This document shows positions 26,901 to 38,818 of a DNA stretch of 64,000 nucleotides, piece by piece (position 1 is the first letter of the stretch; each line of letters opens with the position of its first letter). Source of the stretch: Malacoraja senta (lineage: Eukaryota). The translations under genes were made by a program, and so were the position numbers. The notes beneath the pieces are model-generated. The model was not told the origin of the DNA, ran no database searches, and worked only from the letters and a program-made list of their open reading frames with translations. The DNA lies in assembly GCA_038087875.1 (NCBI GenBank), contig JAXLNO010000213.1, positions 124,001 to 188,000 of the forward strand. The letters are read 5' to 3'.

Positions 26901-28227
26901 TGGCGTTGCTAGATTCAGTGGAGGATGCAGCCCATGACTGTCATCGCCCATGTCCTCTGTGTCTTGAAATATGGGCACTTGGCTTTCAGTTGATGTCAAG
27001 GATTCAGGATCTTGAGCACCAGACAGTGGAATGTCATTAAAAGAAATATGTTGACTGCCTTCTGGAAGTTTAAAAGCTTCATCACAAATTTCCATAAATG
27101 CTCCAAGTTCCTTGGGATTGGTGAGTTTTTTAAACTTAAGCAAAGTCCGGTTAACGAGAGCATTCACTCTTAACTTAACAGTACCAAATGAATAGCCTTC
27201 TGCATCCGACAAAGGAAATGTGAACTCAGCGATTTCTCTGTTTCAGACAGACTTTTTCCAAACGAGGTATACAAGTACAAGATGTGCCCATTTTTAAGAT
27301 CCCTCTTAGACTCGGGCATGACAGAGAAATCCACTTCAAGTTGAACTCTAGCTATGCCTGTCTGGGCTTTTGGATTGACAATTTTGCATTTCTTCTTTGG
27401 AGACATCTGTTTACAATGTAAAAAACCCCCACTAAACCGCATTAACAGAAACAAGTTATTATTTGCAGTTTTAGAAAAAAAGGTAGAAATATTAAAGTTA
27501 AACGCTAAAACAAATAGTAAATACTCAACAAGAAATTCATATTCATCAGTTTCATCTAAATTCAATTACTAGATATAAACATCTATCCATTTCTTAAGAA
27601 AAGGTTAACATTTTAAAATAGCCTAAGTGTCCAAATAACATTCACACAAGAATTGACAATATAACGATGTTTAAATCTCATTGTCATGTATTTATAGGCC
27701 AAATGGAAGGAATTTAGTGTTTAATTCCCGTAAATTAATGGCCATTTAAATCATCTTGCGAGTGGGATTTTGTGGAACGCGATCATTTGGAACGTTGCGG
27801 TTTGCGGTTAATTTAAACCCCATATCGGCATGAAAAACACTGCCGGTTCGTATGGGGCCTAAATCACCTTTTCGCAACGTAACATTTGGATTAAAGTAAT
27901 CCTAAGAAGCACGATTATATTTAAACTAAACGGCTTACCTTTACCTGTCCCGTACGGGAGATCCGTCCCGTTGTCGGCGTTGACGGCGTTAGAAGTCGAT
28001 TTTTATTTTACTCCAGCAATTAAATTATCCAGCGATGTTTTTACAAACTTGATAGAACGGATGTCGGAGCGATTTCTCTGCAGCAGCTAAACAGCCTGAC
28101 AAAGATCTACTCCGACAGGCAGGAGAAAACGGCATTTTAATCCCGCCCCCTCTTAAAGGCGCCAAAGTCGCGCACACGGCCAGTGGCAGAACTGCAGCGC
28201 CGCAGAAGGTAAGTATTGTAACATACC
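23976..28227 (-). mobile_element. DNA transposon (CxxH-type DDE transposase, Kolobok/hAT/P-like); one terminus TA|GGTATGTTACAA retained
   Basis: Contains the decayed transposase. The right end abuts Helitron sequence. No matching TIR was found at the left end. Confidence 0.75.
24486..27406 (-). pseudogene. Decayed ~970-codon transposase with C-terminal Spin/Ssty Tudor-like domain
   Basis: Colinear ORF fragments: coiled-coil N-terminus, GFDATT (D1), MSDRCAAN (D2), CHLH, YRGNRLHILF and SHNIDAEE (E). The C-terminus reads VVGRKACHAWF...YQLATDLLHKDLVY. Interrupted by stops and frameshifts. The ATG at 27406 directly follows a splice acceptor. Confidence 0.8.
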
Positions 28228-28228
28228 T

Positions 28229-28431
28229 ACAATCAGCTGATCTCACGATTTTTAAAACATTCATTACTTTATTTCACCGATTGGTAAAGAACCTTGGGTG
28301 GCAGGAGCGGAGGAGGACGCTGCGTAAGATAGCGTAAAAATCTTAACGATATAGAGAAGCGTTTTTTTCTAAAATCAATTTACAACGTAGACAGGAAGTG
28401 GTCACGATGAGACGTTTAGTAATAGTATAGA
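28229..28431 (-). mobile_element. Helitron 5' fragment (A^TCTATACTATTACTAAAC)
   Basis: The reverse complement matches the 36185 element start (TCTCATC.TGACCACTTCCTGTCT.CG, ATCAGCTGATTG). Confidence 0.75.
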
Positions 28432-28960
28432 TGTCCCGGACGGGACAATGAAATTCTTACGTACTGCAGCACAACAGAATATGTGAATATATAAACATTG
28501 TATATAATGGGGGAAGAGTAAAAAGAAAACGTTTAACAAATAACAATATAGTGCAAATAACAATTAATAATATAGTCTTTTACAGATCAGAGCTCAGAGT
28601 CTATTCGTTGTCATGTTTAAGAGCCTGATGGCTGTGGGGAAGTAGCTGTTCCTGAACATGGACGTTACAGTCTTCAGGCTCCTGTACCTTCTTCCTGATG
28701 GCAATGGTGAGATGAGTGTGTGGCCAGGATGAGTGTGGGTGCTTGATGATTTTGGCTGCCTTTTTGAGGCAGCAACTACGATAGATCGCTTCGACGGTGG
28801 GGAGGTCAGCCGGTGATGAATTGGGCTGTGGTCACAACATTTTATCGTTTTTTTCGCTCCTGGACGTTCAAGTTGCCGAACGGGGCCACGATTCGACCAT
28901 TCAGAATGCTCTCTACCGTGCACCTGTAGAGGTTTAGGAGGATCTTCTTCGACATGCCGA
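28432..28960 (-). mobile_element. Rex-Babar-type LINE 3' fragment (second subfamily)
   Basis: THPGHTLISPLPSGRRYRSLKTVTSMFRNSYFPTAIRLLN. Confidence 0.82.
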
Positions 28961-28982
28961 ATCCTCTTCGACGAGTTAAATG

Positions 28983-31223
28983 GGGCTCTTAAAGATAGCG
29001 GAGTCAGGGGATATGGGGAGAAGGCAGGAACGGGGTACTGATTGGGGATGATCAGCCATGATCACATTGAATGGCGGTGCTGGCTCGAAGGGCCGAATGG
29101 CCTACTCCTGCACCTATTGTCTATTGTCCATTGTCTATTGGTTCGATTTCCCTAAGCGGCCCGTATGTTGGAGTCTCCAAATGTAGGCGAAATTGCAAGT
29201 GGCCATTTGTATGACTGGACGGAGAGTTTGTTACGACATGTACTATGTTTTTTACTTTCTTTCTTTGTAGTCTATGACTATTCAGACGTTAGTGTGTCCA
29301 GGATGGGAGAGAGACCATGATTCTGAGGTGTATTTCTGTCTCTTTTGCTCAGAGGGTCTATGCACAGTATGACCGCGTGTTGTGTTACGCTCACTAAAGG
29401 TTTCCTTCCGTAATCTGCCCCCCCCCCCGGAGCACACTGTGGGACATGGGATATCGCAAGTGTAATTTCAGTGTGTTTCGGTTTAATTTGGCTATACAGC
29501 TTGGAAACAGGATCTTCTGCCACTCGGAGGAAACTCGCGTGTTCACAGGGCGAATGTACATACTTACACACATACAACAGGCGATTGCAGCATGGAACTC
29601 GGCTCTCTGGCGTTTTGGAGCAGTGGCTCAACCAGCAGCGGCACTTGGAGTGATACAGCGTGGAAACAGGCACTTCGGCCCAACTTGCCCAAACCGATCA
29701 AAGTGTCTCAGCTGCAGGAGTCCCACCTGCTGGCGTTTGGTCCACATCCCTCCAAACCCGTCCTATCCGTGTACCTTGATAGCTGTTTCTTAAACGTTGG
29801 GATAGTGACGTTTCGGGTCGAGACCCTTCTTCAGTCTGATAGGGTAGGGTATTGTGGAATAGTACAGGGAGAAAGGTACTGTGGGGAGGACTGATGGATT
29901 GACACGCAGTTGTATGTAACTGATGGAGTAACATTGTGGTATCGTATTCGTGGAGTGATACTTTGTTGAATGGTATCACTGTGGGGTACTGCTGATGGAG
30001 TGACACACTGTGGGGTAGAGCTGATTGAATCATACACAGGAGGTAGTAGGGATGCAATGACACACCTAGTACTGGGCTAGTACTGATGGAATAATTCTGG
30101 TGGATGTGGATGAATTCTGACACTCGGCCAGTAACACGGTGAGCAGCACATGTCTGAAATTAATCGGAGTCAGAGGGAATGGACTGATGTGAGCTTGTCT
30201 ATCAGCCCTCTATCGGATCAGCAGTGAAACAAAAGGACAGTTCAACTCAACCTGTTCCTCACTCGATTTGTTTTTAGATTTCAAGTTAGTTCCACCAGAG
30301 GGAGAAGTTCTCACAGAGAGTTGTGAGTCTGTGAAATTCTCTGCTTCAGAGGGCGGTGGAGGCCGGTTCTCCGGATACTTTCAAGTGAGAGCTAGATAGG
30401 GCTCTTAAAGATAGCGGAGTCAGGGGGTATGGGGAGAAGGCAAGAATGGGGTACTGATTGGGGATGATCAGCTATGATCACATTGAATGGCGGTGGTGGC
30501 TCGAAGAGCAGAATGGCCTACTCCTGCACCTATTGTCTATCGTCCATTGTCTATTGGTTCGATTTCCCTAAGCGGCGCGTGTTGGAGTCTCCAAATGTAG
30601 GCGAAATTGCAAGTCGCCATTTGTATGACTGGACGGAGAGTTTGTTACGACATGTTCAATGTTTTTTTAATTTTATTTCTTTGTAGTCTATGACTATTTA
30701 GACGTTAGTGTGTCCAGGATGGGAGGGAGGCCATGATTCTGAGGTGTATTTCTGTCTCTTTTGCTCAGTCGGACTGTGCACAGTATGACCGCGTGTTGTG
30801 TTACGTTCACTGAAGGTTTCCCTCCGTAATCTGCCCCCCACCCCCGAGCACACTGTGAGACATGGGTTTATCGCAAGTGTAATTTCAGTGCGACTTTGTT
30901 TAGTTTCGCGATACAGCTTGTAAACGGGATCTTCGCCCACTCGGAGGAAACTCACGCGTTCACAGGGCGAATGTACATACTTACACACAGACAGCAAACG
31001 ATTGCAGCATGGAACTCGGCTCTCTGGCGATTTGGAGCAGTGGCTCAACCAGCAGCGGCACTTGGAGTGATACAGCGTGGAAACAGGCACTTCGGCCCAA
31101 CTTGCCCAAACCGAGCAAAGTGTCTCAGCTGTACTCGTCCCACCTGCCGGCGTTTGGTCCATATCCCCCCAAACCCGTCCTATCCGTGCACTTTTATAGC
31201 TGTTTCTTAAACGTCGGGATAGT
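28983..31223 (+). repeat. Local direct duplication of ~820 bp (28983-29806 and 30399-31223), each copy starting in a CR1 tail
   Basis: Near-identical sequence from GGGCTCTTAAAGATAGCGG to TTAAACGTYGGGATAGT, offset ~1.42 kb. Confidence 0.9.
29806..29837 (-). ncRNA. Minimal type-I hammerhead ribozyme motif in a Penelope-derived repeat
   Basis: The minus strand reads CTGAAGA-A-GGGTC-TC-GACCC-GAAA-CGTC: CUGANGA and GAAA cores, a 5-bp stem II and a GUC cleavage triplet. Stem I is weak. Confidence 0.55.
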
Positions 31224-31404
31224 CCCAGCCTTAACTACCTCATCCGGCAGCTTATTCCATACACCCACCATCCTTTCTGTGAAAACGTTACTCCTAGATT
31301 CCTATTAAATATCTTCTCCTTCACCTCGCATCACCTACTCGATTAACCTACCTAGCGTCACCTACCTCGATTAACCTACTCTGGGCAAGAGACTTTGTGG
31401 ATCT

Positions 31405-31765
31405 AGTCTGAAGTAGGTTCTCGACCCGAAACGTCGCCTGTTTCCTTCGATCCATAGGTGCAGTCTCACCCGCTGTTTCTCCAGCATTTTGCCCACCTTC
31501 GATTTCCCAGCATCTGCAGTTCCTTCTTAAACATTTCGTCTGCTCCACTGCGAAATCTCCTCAAGGTATGCCTACTTTGAAGATGTTCTCCTCCTCTCTC
31601 CGAAGACAGTTTAACGACCTCCGCTCTCACTGCCCCCCCGCCTCTGTGATTCCCCCTTCCCTCCAACTCTACGGAGTCGGAAGAAGGGCCTCGACCCGAA
31701 ACGTCGCTTATTTCCTTCGCTCCATAGATGCCGCCTCACCCGCTGAGTTTCTCCAGCATTTTTGT
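31405..31765 (+). mobile_element. Penelope-derived short repeats with degenerate hammerhead motifs
   Basis: CTGAAGTAGGTTCTCGACCCGAAACGTC and CGGAAGAAGGGCCTCGACCCGAAACGTC, each followed by CTCACCCGCTG..TTTCTCCAGCATTT. Other copies near 14190, 19000, 32230, 32500, 33480, 38845, 42520 and 62530. Confidence 0.7.
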
Positions 31766-32654
31766 ATACATTGTGCATTAGTCAATCTTCTCCTCTCATG
31801 ATTTCATACACCTACTGAAGATCACCCCTCATCCATCTGCGCTGCACGGAATAGAGTCCCAGCGTGCCCAACCCCTCTCTATAGCTCACACCCTCGAGTC
31901 CTGGTAACATCCTCGTACAGACATGGTACTTCGTGTAGCAAGAGTCTGTCAGGGCCTGAGATGCTTTACTGCGACTTGTGTAATTCCCGTCCCGACCACT
32001 GATGGCGCCATCCTACAGTCGGTGAGTGGATGAATCCTGAGATCTTTCCAGTCACACACTGCGTGGTTCATCCGTCCAGTCCTTCGTTCGAACATTCCCG
32101 CTGAGTAGGTGGATCCCGATAGTCAGTGACGCGGAGGCAACAAATGTCTCTCATTAAGCGGATTTGGAGTGAGTTTGCTGATGCGAGATTGCGAGCCGTC
32201 TAGCGGAACGGAATTGAAATAACAGGCAAACAAAAATGCTGGAGCATCTCAGCGGGTGAGGCAGCTTCTATGGAGCCAAGGAAATAAGCAACGTTTCGGG
32301 CCGAACCCCTTCTTCATACAGGACTCATGAACATAACCAGACCCTCTTTGGTTTGTTGTTTAGTTTACTAGCGGTTCCCACCAGAGCTCGTGAAACGTTT
32401 TCCCAACACTCTCCTAAATCGCAGCTCCTAAATTGAAACGAAATTTCAAGTAGTGATTTGTAAATGGTGGAAGGAAACAGAGATATTGAAATCTGTAAGA
32501 AGGAACTGCAGATGCTGGTTTAAACCGAAGATAGACACAAAAAGCTGGAGTAACTCATCGGCACATGCTGTATCTCTGGAGAGAAGGAATTGTGACGTTT
32601 CGGGTCGAGAACCTCCTTTAGAATCTGGAGAAAGGACTCGACCCGAAATGTTTT

Positions 32655-33050
32655 TGTAGATCAGTGCCACTCATGTTATGAGTCATGCTCTTGTCGTGAA
32701 TAGAACGGTTGATGGTCTCTATCGTACACGTGCTGGTCGTGTTTGTAGGCCGGTTGTGTAGTACCCGGACTATGCTTGACTTTCCTCCAGTTTATCACCG
32801 ACTGCTATGCATGCCTTACTTAGTTTATGGGGTTGTACTGCTATTAATTCTTTAAGAGGGAGGATGTAGATCAGTGTCACTCATGTTATGAGTCATGCTT
32901 TTGTAGTTACGCCCACTAGCTTTGCAGTAACCGCTCCTGCCTGGTTCCCTTAGTATTAGAGAGACGTGCAAGTGTGAAGTCATATTTCCTATGTAGTAAA
33001 TAAAGTTTGTGGACCTTCATCTTGGTGTAAGGTTCCAGTTATTTAAAACA
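32655..33050 (+). mobile_element. Internally deleted Gypsy LTR retrotransposon: 5' LTR stub, integrase tail, PPT and 186-bp 3' LTR (32865-33050)
   Basis: TGTAGATCAGTG(C/T)CACTCATGTTATGAGTCATGCT at 32655 and 32865. RTRAGRVCRPVV*YPDYA. PPT AAGAGGGAGGA directly precedes TG...AATAAA...CA. Confidence 0.8.
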
Positions 33051-33858
33051 GCCGAAACACAACCGTTATCCATTGCTTCTTTCCAGAAATGCTGCCTGTC
33101 CCGTTGAGTTACTCCTGGTTTTTGTGTCTATCTTCTGAGACTTTGGAATTGCAGATGTGTTCAAATATATCTCTATGTTTTACTTGTTTTGTAGCTTGTA
33201 ACTATTCAGTTTGCAGTGGGTCCAGTCTCACAAATAGTAATGATTGCACGACCTTTGAATTCCAAGTCTGAAGTCAATAAATGAGCAACTCATGCTTACA
33301 TAAAGCACCATCTCCGAGAAATTCGGTCATGGGCTGACAGAGGAGAAGCATTTGCGGAAATAAATGCCCACCAAAGATCATCACTAACATAACAATCTAG
33401 CCATATGATTCCTGCATTCAATAGCATTATCAAATCCGAGTTCGAGAGCCCATCGTAAATAAAACACAATGTACTCGGGTAACAGCGCCCAGCCAACATC
33501 CGCCCCGCTGGAGGAAGTGGACAGGAGATGTTTCGCGTCCGGACATTTCGCCTGACTCCACCGAAACATGTTTGCCTATTTCGTCCACACAACTTGCCTG
33601 ACCCGCTGACTCATTCAGAACTTTGTATCGTTCTCAACATTCCGATTGTCGCAGTTTTTTGCATCCCCACGATCAATACCATGAGAGGCGCTATTGACCG
33701 GAAGCTACACTGGACCAGCCACGTAATGGTTCGTACTGGCTTGATGAGAGGATATAAGTTGTAATTGTGGACGATTGATATTCAGCGAGAAGGCCAGTGA
33801 TCAGTGGTGCGCAACAATGATTGATTGTGGGTTCATTCTAGTCCGTCATCTGTGTTAA

Positions 33859-36184
33859 AGTTTACAAGTTCACAAGTTATAGGATTAGAATTAGGACATT
33901 CGGCCCATCGTGCCTACTCCGCCATTCAATCGTGGCTGATCTCTGCCTCCTAATCCTATTTTTCTGCCTTATCCCCGTAACCTTTGAAACCCATTCAAAT
34001 CAACAACTTGTTTATCTCTGCCTTAAAAATATCCACTGACTTGGCCTCCACAGCCCTCTGAGGCAATGAGTTCCACAGATTAACTACTCTCAGACTAAAG
34101 AAATTCCTTCCCACTTCCTTTCTAACAGAGCGCCTTTTAATTCTAAGGCCATGACCTCTGGTCCGAGACAGCACCAGTGGAAACACACTTTCCGTAACCA
34201 CTCCCTCTTTCATTATTCTGTAAGTTTCAATGAGGGGTCCCCTCAACCTTCTAAACTCTAGCGTGTAGGGTCCCAGTGCTGTCAAACGCTCATCATATGC
34301 TAACCCACTCATTCCTGGAATAATTCTTGTAAACCTCATCTGGAACCTCTCCAGAGCCAGCAGATCCTTGCTCACCCTGAGAGTTGTGAATTTACACCCA
34401 GAGAATTGTGAATTTGTGGAATTCCGTGCCACAGAGGGCAGTGGAGGCCAAGTCACTGGATGGATTTAAGAGAGAGTTAGATAGAGCTCTAGGGGCTAGT
34501 GGAGTCAAGGGATATGGGGAGAAGGCTGGCACGGGTTATTGATATGGGACGATCAGCCATGATCACAATGAATGGCGGTGCTGGCTCGAAGGGCCGAATG
34601 GCCTCCTCCTGCACCTACTTTCTATGTTTCTATGCTTCCTCAGATATGGGGCCCAGATTTGTTCACGTTCTCCAAATGCAGCCTGGCTAGCGCCTTGCAA
34701 TTCTGTTTTTGTATTCCAGTCCTCTTGATTTCAATGCTTGCCTTCTTTATACCGATTCGACTTGCAAATTATGTGTTTGAGAGTCCTGCAACAGCACTCC
34801 CAATCCACCTCCAATGTCTTGGTTATCTCTCCATTTGGAACATAATCTACGCCTTTATTCTTATTAATGAAATTAATGAATTCGCACTTTGTTATACCGA
34901 ATTTCATCTGCCATTTCTCTGCAAAGCTGTCCATGTCCTTCTACATAGTTGTTGCTTCCTCTCCAGTACCTATGCCTCCACCTATCCTAGTATCATCTGC
35001 AAACTTGGCCACAAAGCCTTCAAACCCCTTATCCAAATCATTAATTCACAACGTGAAGAGAAGCTTCCCCAGCACCGATCCTTGCGGAACTCCACTATTC
35101 ACTGGCAGCCTACCTGAAAACAACGCGTTGTATTGCAACACTTTGCCGTCTGCCATCTAGCCATCCCGCTATGCATGCTAGTATCTTCCCTTTCATAACA
35201 TGGGGTCTCATCTTCCAGAGACGCCTGACGTGCGGCACCTTATCGAAGGCCTTCTGAAGATCTAGATAAACGACATCTCCAGCATCCCCTCTGTCTATCC
35301 TGCTATTAAATTCATCAACGAACCAGTAGATTGGTCAGGCAACATCGCCCCTTCACAAAACCATTCTGACTTCTGCCCGTTTAATCGTGAACTTCCATGT
35401 TCTGCGTAAACCCTTCCTTTATAATTGACACAAAAATCTTACCAACCACCGAAGTCAGTCTAACTGGCCGATAGTTTCGCTCTTCTGCTTGGCTTCCTTC
35501 TTGTACAGCAGGGTGATATATGCAATTTTCAAATCTTCAGGAACCACGCCTAACTCTAGTGATTCTTGAAATATCACAATTAATGCCGCCACAATCTCTG
35601 AGGCCACCTACTTCAGAACCCTGGGATGCAGTCCATCCGGTCCAGGTGAACCACCTCTCTCAGCCCTTTCAACTATCCTAGCACCTTCCACTTAGCAATC
35701 GCCACTCCATTAATTTCTACCACTGACTCTCTAGGATTGTGTTTTCCACTCTGAAGACTGATGCAAAACAAGTTTGTTAATTTCCTCTGCCGCTTCTTGA
35801 TTTCCCGTTTTTACTTCGCCTGCTTCATTCTCCAGCGGCCTAACGTCCACTCTTGCCTTTTTTCTACTCTTTACATATGCGTAGAAACTCTTGCTATCCT
35901 CTTTCATATTATTTGCTAGCTTACATTCGTACTTCATATTTTCTCTGCGTATTGTCATTTTAGTTACCTTTTGTTGTTCTAAAAAACATCCCAATCCTCT
36001 GGCTTCCCACTAGTCTTTACAATGTAATATGCCTTCTCTTTCGCTTTTATGCTAATCCTGACCTCCCTTGTCTGCCGGGCTCGTCTTATTCTCGCGCTGT
36101 AATCTTTCTTCCTCTTTGAACTGAAATGATTCTGCACCTTCCGAATTAACCGCAGATATTCCAGCCATGGCAGCTCTACCGTCA
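33859..36184 (-). mobile_element. Decayed CR1/HER1 LINE with a nested plus-strand CR1 tail (~34378-34633)
   Basis: RT and tail motifs (LALERFQMRFTRIIPG, WQMKFGITKCE, KEDSKSFYAYVKS). The nested insert is flanked by CTTGCTCA/CTTCCTCA. Confidence 0.85.
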
Positions 36185-38818
36185 TCTATATAATTAAAAG
36201 TCTCATCTTGACCACTTCCTGTCTGCGCTGTATATTGAGTTTGGAAAAAACGTTACCCTGTATCGCTGTGATTTTTGGCTATCTTACTCACATTCCTCCT
36301 CCACTGAGGCAGCCCCGTGGACTTTTCCCATAAATGCAAAATAAAAAAAGTTATGAGCGTTTACAAAATCTTGATATCAGCTGATTGGTCCTCTCGCCTG
36401 TCAATCATCAAGACGAAGGTAATGCCCCTTGCGGAGTTGGGCAGGACTATAAAACCCCGGATTCCTGGACGTGAGTCAGTCATTCTGGAAGATCGCGAGG
36501 GAGAGGCCACAACTGTCATTCTAAGCTGTGAATCAACTGAACTGTGTGTCTGCAATGTACTTGCAATAAATGATTTGTTTTAGGAAATTAAATGAAATGA
36601 CAATGCCATGAGTTGTTCGGCCTGCTGCCCTGCCTGTGCTTGAAACTGCAATGCTTTGTAAGGTCCGACTGTGTTTGGAAGGAATAAATGCTTCATTAGG
36701 TCCGACTGTGTATGGAAGGGAAAATGCTTTGAGAGTCCGACTCTGCTTGAAATGGTGTGAGATTGAATTCGCTGGCCTGCACTCTGCTTGAAATGCTGTG
36801 AGATTGTATTTTCTGGCCGGCACTCCGCTTGAAATGATGTGAGATTAGATTTGCTGGCCTGCATTCTGCGTGAAATGCTGTGAGATTGGATTTGCAGGCC
36901 TGCACTCTGCTTGAAATGCTGTGAGATTTGATTTGCTGGCCTGCACTGCTTGAAATGCTGTGATTGGATTTGCTGGCCTGCACTCTGATTGGAATGCTGT
37001 GAGATTCTATTTGCTGGCCTGCACTCTGCTTGAAATGGTATGAGATTGGATTTGCTGGTCTGCACTGCCATTGAAATGATGTGAGATTGGATTTGCTGAC
37101 CTGCACTCTGCTTGAAATGCTTTGAGATTGGATTTCCTGGGCTGCACCCTGCTTGAAATGCTGTGAGATATGATTTCCTGGCCAGCACTCTGCTTGAAAT
37201 GCTGTGGGATTGTATTTGTTTGCCTGCACTCATGCCTAAAATGCTGTGAGATTGGATTTGCTGGCCTGCACAGCTTGAATTGCTGTGAGATTTGATTTGC
37301 TGGCTGCACTCCGCTTGAAATGCTGTGAGATGGGATTTGCTGGCCCGCACTCCGCTTGAAATGCTGTGAGATTGGATTTGTCGCCTGCACTCCGTTTGAA
37401 ATGCTGGGAGATTGGATTTGCTGGTCTGCAGTCCGTTTGAAATGCTGTGATATTGGATTTGCTGGCCTGCACTCTGCTTGAAATGTTGTGAGATTCGATT
37501 TGCTGGCTTGCATTCCGCATGCAATGCTGTGAGATTGGATTTGCTGGCCTGCACTCCGTTTGAAATGCTGTGAGATTGGATTTGCTGGCCTGCACTCCGC
37601 TTGAAGTGTTGTGCGATTGGAATTGCTTTCCTGCAATCCGCTTGAAATGCTGTGAGATTGGATTTGCTAGCCTGCACTCCGCTTGAAATGTTGTGACATT
37701 GGATTTGCTGGCCTGCATTCCGCTAGAAATGCTGTGAGATTGGATTTGCTGGCCTGAACTCCGTTTGAAATGCTGTGAGTTTGGATTTGCTGGCCTGCAC
37801 TATGCTTAACATGCTATTAAATTTACTTTGCTGGCCTGCACTGAATGAGCTCAGAACTCAGATTTTCTTTGTTAAAATTTGAATGCTCAATCTCCCTATA
37901 TTAAAATTGTCACTTTTTTTATCAACCGCGCAGAGAGAACAAGAGGCATTGAACAGCAGAACACAACAAGAGACACAACAAGATAGAATTGAACAATAAA
38001 TCTAATCTTTAACATTTAAGTTGTTGTTATATTTTAAGAGTCATTCACATTTTCAACTTTAATAAATCCGTTTTCCACTTATCATGCCTGTGTGTTCCTC
38101 GTCACAATAGGGACCTAACATGCAGGTATGGCTACGCTGTCGGAGTGCCACTAACAGTTCATCGGGGGAGGTTGAGTGGAGATGGACTGAATGCGTGTGG
38201 GGGAGGGGAATGGCAAGAAGCAGAGTGGGGGTGGGGGTGAAGGGAGGATTTTTGACTGAGAGAACTGCCACCACACAGCCATGAGTGACTGGAATGCCAG
38301 CCCACCAGCCATGAGTAAATGAACTGCCAGCCCACCAGCTGTAAGTGACCGAAGTGCCAGCCCACCAGCCATGACTTAGTGAACGGCCAGCCCACCAGTG
38401 ATGACTCACTGAACTGCGTGTCCAAGAATCCAAGCAGGCCACAACACCCATACTAGCGCTCCAGTGATCTTCCACCTTCATTGCTGAGATCTGTAAAAAA
38501 GATGAAAATGTCTAAAATTGATTCTCACACTCTACCCCTTCCCTCTCAAACATGTCACCTGTTTAGGGCAGAATTCCTGGCAGTTTCTGAGCTGCCAGCC
38601 CGCCAGGCCTCAGTTACTGAGCTGCCAGCCTGCCGGGCCTGAGTGACTGAGTTGCCAGGCCTCAGAGATTGAGCTGCCAGCCCAAGAATCCATTCGGCCG
38701 ACAATGTCCATACTAGCGCTCTGTAAGTTAGCCCTTCGGTCCACAACACCCACCACACTTGCCAGCAATATTGGAATTGGTGGAGAGGTGGAATATTGCG
38801 TGGTCCCACTTAATCTAG
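36185..38818 (+). mobile_element. Non-autonomous Helitron (2.6 kb) with TC...CTAG termini and internal minisatellites
   Basis: 5' A^TCTATATAATTAAAAG and 3' GGTCCCACTTAATCTAG^T. A subterminal inverted repeat GCAATATT...AATATTGC is present; the canonical hairpin appears partly deleted. Confidence 0.78.
36722..37842. repeat. ~41-bp minisatellite (GCTTGAAATGCTGTGAGATTGGATTTGCTGGCCTGCACTCC)
   Basis: Tandem units read directly. Source of the QASKSNLTAFQAECRPANPISQHFK ORFs. Confidence 0.95.

Noticed and set aside
36580..37718. Gln/Ser-rich repeat proteins
   Set aside because: Translations of the 41-bp minisatellite.
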